DNA of 64,000 nucleotides from Nitrospirota bacterium (GTDB taxonomy: Bacteria; Nitrospirota; Thermodesulfovibrionia; Thermodesulfovibrionales; UBA9159): the NCBI GenBank assembly GCA_963699545.1, contig CAVOUE010000005.1:128001-192000 (forward strand). The letters are read 5' to 3'. The notes beneath the pieces were generated by a model. It saw only the letters and a program-made list of their open reading frames with translations. It was not told the origin of the DNA and made no database searches. The translations under genes were made by a program, and so were the position numbers. Shown piece after piece: positions 59,760-64,000 of this stretch (position 1 is the stretch's first letter; each line of letters opens with the position of its first letter).

Positions 59760-61050
59760 GTGTCACTGCGCTGAGATAGAGAAAGTAATCCCCGACAGTC
59801 CTGCCCACGTCGCCGGGATCATGGCAGGGGACACCATCATTTCGATAAACGGCCACCGCATTCACGATGTCATCGACTTCATCTTTCACAGCAGTGAAGA
59901 GGAGATGACCGTCGTCACGCAGAGAAAGGACAAAAAGGCGACGTTCACGGTATCCCCGGGAGAAGGACAGAAGAGCGGGATAGAGCTGATGCCTTTTAAG
60001 ATAAGAACCTGCACCAACCGGTGCATCTTCTGCTTTGTGAGCCAGCTCCCCAAGGGGCTGAGAAAGACCCTTTACGTGAAGGATGAAGACTACCGCATGT
60101 CATTTCTTTACGGAAATTATATCACGCTCACCAATCTCACGGCACAGGACAGGAAACGGATAGCGCGGCAACGTCTGAGCCCCCTCTACCTGTCGGTCCA
60201 TTCGACCAGCAAGGCGGTCCGCAATACCATGCTGGGGAACCCGAAGGCATCGGATGTTCTGAAGGATATCGGGTTCTTCAAGGAGCAGAAGATCAGGATG
60301 CATTGCCAGATCGTTCTTTGCCCCGGCTTTAACGACGGCAAAGAGCTTGACCGGACCATACGGGACCTTTACAAATTCTACCCCTATGTCTCGTCCATTG
60401 CGGTCGTGCCGGTCGGTCTTACTTCCCATAGAAAGACTGCTCCAAAGCTGAAAGCCGTGGAAAAAGAGGACGCCGTCAAAGCGCTGGAACTCATTGACTC
60501 TTTTCAGAAAAGGTTCTTGAAGAAGCACGGAGAGTCCATTGTCTATGGCGCAGACGAGCTTTACATAAAAGCAGAAGAAGAGTTCAAACCCCTCAGGGAA
60601 TATGGTGATCTGCCCCAGATCGAAAACGGAATAGGCATGGTACCCCTCTTCCTCCATCAGGCAAAAAAGGTCAAGATCCCTCAGGCAAAGGGAAGGAAAA
60701 GGCTTGTTACCTTTACCGGCACCTCCTTCTATCCCTATCTGTCGCGTTTTATTGACAGATTTAAGAAGGCAGGCATCGACATTGAAGCCTCAGCGGTCGA
60801 AAATACGTTTTTCGGCAGAAGCGTAACGGTTACCGGTCTGCTCACCGGCAGGGATATAATGAAGTCTCTCTCCGAAGTGGTAAAGAAGGACGATACGTTG
60901 CTTGTCCCTGATGTTGTTATGAAAGAAGGAGATCAAGTCTTCCTCGATAATGTCGCTCTGCACGACCTGGAGGATATTCTCGAGATTAAGGCGGTGCTCA
61001 TCGAATCAACCCCGAAGGGCCTGGTGGACGCCGTAACGGCTTTGGGGTAA
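59752..61050 (+). CDS. PDZ + DUF512 radical-SAM-like Fe-S protein
   Basis: PDSPAHVAGI PDZ; CTNRCIFCF; KDEDYRMSFLYGNYITLTN; PQIENGIG. Confidence 0.9.
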   Translation: MHKCHCAEIEKVIPDSPAHVAGIMAGDTIISINGHRIHDVIDFIFHSSEEEMTVVTQRKDKKATFTVSPGEGQKSGIELMPFKIRTCTNRCIFCFVSQLPKGLRKTLYVKDEDYRMSFLYGNYITLTNLTAQDRKRIARQRLSPLYLSVHSTSKAVRNTMLGNPKASDVLKDIGFFKEQKIRMHCQIVLCPGFNDGKELDRTIRDLYKFYPYVSSIAVVPVGLTSHRKTAPKLKAVEKEDAVKALELIDSFQKRFLKKHGESIVYGADELYIKAEEEFKPLREYGDLPQIENGIGMVPLFLHQAKKVKIPQAKGRKRLVTFTGTSFYPYLSRFIDRFKKAGIDIEASAVENTFFGRSVTVTGLLTGRDIMKSLSEVVKKDDTLLVPDVVMKEGDQVFLDNVALHDLEDILEIKAVLIESTPKGLVDAVTALG

Positions 61051-61073
61051 GGCGCGAAAACATTGGTGATTTC

Positions 61074-61895
61074 ATGAAAATCAGCGGCAAGACAAAGGTA
61101 GTCGGCCTGCTCGGCTATCCCGTAGAGCACAGCCTTTCTCCCGCCATGCACAATGCTGCCTTTGAACATCTTGACCTGGACTATTGCTATGTAACGTTCT
61201 CTGTCAGGCCCGATCTGCTCGAACATGCGCTGAAGGGCATCCGGGCGTTGAACCTCAGGGGCGTAAACATCACGGTTCCCCATAAGGAAAAGGTGATCCC
61301 TCTCCTCGACCAGGTGAACGAAGAGGCATCTTTCATCGGAGCGGTGAATACGGTACTGAATTCGGACGGCGCTCTCACCGGCTTCAATACTGACGGCAGG
61401 GGGTTCATGGAATCCCTGGCAGAGGCAGCCATCCCTCTGGAGAGGAGGACCGTGCTGGTGGTCGGCGCTGGCGGGGCATGCAGGGCCATAAGCTATTATC
61501 TCAGCCGGCATGCAGCAAGCCTCCTGATCTTTGATATAGACGAAAGGAAGGTCTCTGCTCTTGTGAGCGACCTGAGTGCAATCCGCTCAAATGTGAGCCG
61601 CGCCGGGAATCTGGAGAGTCTGCATGGCGCCGATATCGTGATCAATGCCACCCCCCTCGGCATGAAAGATTCCGACCCGCGGCCTCTGAGCCTTTCCCTC
61701 ATTACCAGGGAAATGACCGTCTGTGACCTTATCTACAGGGAGACCCCTCTCCTGAAGGCCGCCTCTGAAAAGGGGTGCAAGACCCTGAATGGTCTTGGGA
61801 TGCTCCTCCATCAGGGTGCCCTCGCCTTCGAGATATGGACGGGGATAAAACCGCCCGTAGGGGTCATGCACAACGCGATAAGGGGAAACAGGTAA
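61074..61895 (+). CDS. aroE: Shikimate dehydrogenase
   Basis: HSLSPAMHN, NITVPHK, GAVNT, NTDG, GAGGA, GMLLHQG. Confidence 0.96.
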   Translation: MKISGKTKVVGLLGYPVEHSLSPAMHNAAFEHLDLDYCYVTFSVRPDLLEHALKGIRALNLRGVNITVPHKEKVIPLLDQVNEEASFIGAVNTVLNSDGALTGFNTDGRGFMESLAEAAIPLERRTVLVVGAGGACRAISYYLSRHAASLLIFDIDERKVSALVSDLSAIRSNVSRAGNLESLHGADIVINATPLGMKDSDPRPLSLSLITREMTVCDLIYRETPLLKAASEKGCKTLNGLGMLLHQGALAFEIWTGIKPPVGVMHNAIRGNR

Positions 61896-62031
61896 GCGCT
61901 CCCCTTCAGCGACCTTCCCGCAGTCCGGCACCAGTCCTTGCAAAAAGAATTTACGTGTTCTCCCTCCATCCCGGCCTTTGTGGTACATTTTTTGCTTTAC
62001 TAAGACCTTTTTTGTGTGATAAACTTTTTTT

Positions 62032-62580
62032 GTGAAGGACATCTATGAGAGTGTGCAACGCATGCCGGGAAATCGGCTGGCTCTGTGGGGTTTTATATGC
62101 GTCTCAATCGTCTTCATATTCTTCACCGTTTTTTCAGATGAGCCGGAGTCCCGGAGGAATTTCTCCATAAGCAAAGCGGGCTCCTACATGGAGGGTTTCA
62201 GGATCGTGAGCAAAAAGGACGGAGCGGATGCATTGATCGTCACCGCCCGGAGGGCTGATTTTTCAAAGGATGAGACCCTTGCAAAGATGGATACCGTGAC
62301 CATGGACATAAAGAAGGAAGGTGCGCTGCTGAATGCCGGGCACGGCACATACAATATGATCACAAAAGAGCTCACCCTGGAGGACAATGTCACCGTGCGG
62401 GTGCGCGATTCCGTCATTCATGCAAACAACCTTTCGTGGGATCCTTCCCGGGGAATGCTCTCCACCGAGGGCAAGGTCCAGATGAAAGGCGACAAGTTCA
62501 CCGTGGAGGGAGAAGGACTGACTGCTACCGATGATAACAGAGTCACGTTGATGCGAAATGTCAAAGCCATCTTCAATTAA
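62032..62580 (+). CDS. lptC: LPS export protein LptC
   Basis: Single TM plus beta-rich periplasmic domain; precedes lptA and lptB. Confidence 0.72.
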   Translation: MKDIYESVQRMPGNRLALWGFICVSIVFIFFTVFSDEPESRRNFSISKAGSYMEGFRIVSKKDGADALIVTARRADFSKDETLAKMDTVTMDIKKEGALLNAGHGTYNMITKELTLEDNVTVRVRDSVIHANNLSWDPSRGMLSTEGKVQMKGDKFTVEGEGLTATDDNRVTLMRNVKAIFN

Positions 62581-63061
62581 TATCCTGGCGTGTTTTCCCC
62601 CCTTTGTCGCCATGTTCCTCGTCGTATTCGTTGCATCCGGTCCGGGTTCCTTCGCCGAGGAAAAGCTCCTGGATGCGAAGGGACCGGTCATCGTCACTTC
62701 GTCGACCCTGACAGCGGATAACAAAGCCCACACGGCACTGTTTGAAGGCTCCGTAGTGGCGAAGATGGAGACGATGAGCATCTTTTCCGAAAAAATGCTC
62801 GTATACTATACAGAGGGCGGCAGGATAACAAAGATCGAGGCAGGCGGCAACGTCAAGGTCATAAAAGGCGAGAGGGTGATAACCTCCAACGAAGCCACCT
62901 ATTTCGCCGATGAGGAAAAGGTCGTATTCACGGGGCAGCCGAAAGCGGTGGAAGGCGCCAATATGGTCACCGGCACAAAGATAATCTATATGATGAAGGA
63001 CGACCGTTCCCTGGTGGAGAACAGCAAGGTATTCATGGAACGCTCGTCAAAGAGCCGTTAG
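62558..63061 (+). CDS. lptA: LPS transport periplasmic protein LptA
   Basis: PVIVTS..FEGSVVA..IEAGGNV..FTGQP OstA-like pattern. Confidence 0.85.
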   Translation: MSKPSSINILACFPPFVAMFLVVFVASGPGSFAEEKLLDAKGPVIVTSSTLTADNKAHTALFEGSVVAKMETMSIFSEKMLVYYTEGGRITKIEAGGNVKVIKGERVITSNEATYFADEEKVVFTGQPKAVEGANMVTGTKIIYMMKDDRSLVENSKVFMERSSKSR

Positions 63062-63065
63062 CGCC

Positions 63066-63800
63066 ATGCAGGAAACGGCGCATATTCTTCAGGCAAGGGA
63101 CCTTTCGAAGAGTTACCGGGGCAAGAAGGCGGTGAGTGATCTCAGCCTCCATGTCGCCACCGGCGAAATCATCGGCCTTCTCGGTCCCAATGGCGCAGGA
63201 AAAACGACGACCTTTTACATGATCGTGGGGATGATAAAGCCGGACAAAGGGGTTATTACCCTCGACAGCGAAGACATCGGTCGGCTTCCGATGTATAAGA
63301 GGGCGCTCAAGGGAATCAGCTATCTTCCCCAGGAACCTTCCATCTTCAGGAAACTTACGGTACGCGATAATCTCAGGGCAATCCTTGAGATCAAGGCATA
63401 TCCTCCCTCGGAGATCGATGGGCGGGTCGAAGAGCTGCTTGAAGAGTTCAGCCTCACGGGTTTTGCCGACCGGCAGTCCTATCGTCTCTCCGGAGGCGAA
63501 CGTCGAAGGACAGAGATCGCCAGGACCATTGCCACGAACCCCACGTTCATTCTTTTCGATGAGCCTTTTGCAGGCATCGATCCCATCGCTATAATAGAAT
63601 TAAAGAGGATGTTACAGTACCTCAGGGATAAAGGGCTGGGAATCCTGGTCACTGACCATAATGTCAGAGACACCCTGTCTATCACCGACAGGGCCTATAT
63701 CATCAGCAACGGGGGTCTCCTGGATGAGGGGGTCCCTGAAAAGCTCGTGGCCAACCCACGGGTGAAGGAAATCTACCTGGGAGAGGAATTTACACTCTGA
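63066..63800 (+). CDS. lptB: LPS export ABC ATPase LptB
   Basis: GPNGAGKTT, YLPQEPSIFRKL, LSGGERRR, DEPFAGIDP, TDHNVR. Confidence 0.96.
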   Translation: MQETAHILQARDLSKSYRGKKAVSDLSLHVATGEIIGLLGPNGAGKTTTFYMIVGMIKPDKGVITLDSEDIGRLPMYKRALKGISYLPQEPSIFRKLTVRDNLRAILEIKAYPPSEIDGRVEELLEEFSLTGFADRQSYRLSGGERRRTEIARTIATNPTFILFDEPFAGIDPIAIIELKRMLQYLRDKGLGILVTDHNVRDTLSITDRAYIISNGGLLDEGVPEKLVANPRVKEIYLGEEFTL

Positions 63801-64000
63801 TGGCACTGGAAAGCAGACTGGAGCTGAAACTTTCCCAGAAGCTGATACTTACGCCGCAGCTGCAACTTGCGATCAAACTTCTGCAGATGCCGCAGCTTGA
63901 GCTTTCTCTGGCCCTTACCCAGGAACTGACCGAAAACCCCTTTCTTGACGAGATTATGGAAGAAAGGGAAGAACTGAGCAGGGAAGAAATAGACAATATC
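63800..64000 (+). CDS. rpoN: RNA polymerase sigma-54 factor (runs off window end)
   Basis: Manual translation MALESRLELKLSQKLILTPQLQLAIKLLQMPQLEL..ENPFL; canonical lptB-rpoN order. Confidence 0.93.
   Translation, partial: MALESRLELKLSQKLILTPQLQLAIKLLQMPQLELSLALTQELTENPFLDEIMEEREELSREEIDNI

Noticed and set aside
1-64000. CRISPR arrays, tRNA/rRNA genes, IS transposases
   Set aside because: No spaced direct repeats, cloverleaf or rRNA-like segments, or transposase motifs seen by eye; intergenic gaps are short.

Overview
Bacterial chromosomal window, mostly GC-rich. Gene content and order suggest an anaerobic Nitrospirota/Desulfobacterota-like organism (inference). From left to right it holds: a partial UvrD/PcrA helicase and small housekeeping genes; an A/V-type ATP synthase operon (H-I-K-E-C-F-A, then B) that is translationally coupled to glgC, is split by two opposite-strand genes, and has no subunit D in the window; and a ~14 kb, 17-gene minus-strand operon (33532-19327) behind a consensus sigma54 promoter. 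That operon encodes a cytoplasmic DMSO-reductase-family Mo/W enzyme with its Fe-S subunit, two OsmC-like proteins, a NitT/TauT ABC importer with three permeases, periplasmic proteins, a QueG-like protein, cytochrome c, a CooF-like ferredoxin, an FAD/NAD oxidoreductase, HupE/UreJ and DsrE. It is the best candidate for an undescribed system. Next come a GAF sigma54 activator, a divergent sigma54-driven tusA, a Moco cluster (ModE relic and box, MoeA-like, IorAB-XdhC-MocA, moeA), pepA, dksA, dppBC, an AT-rich integron-cassette-like gene, mntH, purC, and the def-fmt-rsmB-rpe-pgsA-aroE-lptCAB-rpoN block. About nine genes, including normally essential pgsA, carry small frameshifts that look like assembly errors. 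I saw no rRNA, tRNA or CRISPR array. All calls come from motif recognition by eye; no searches were run.
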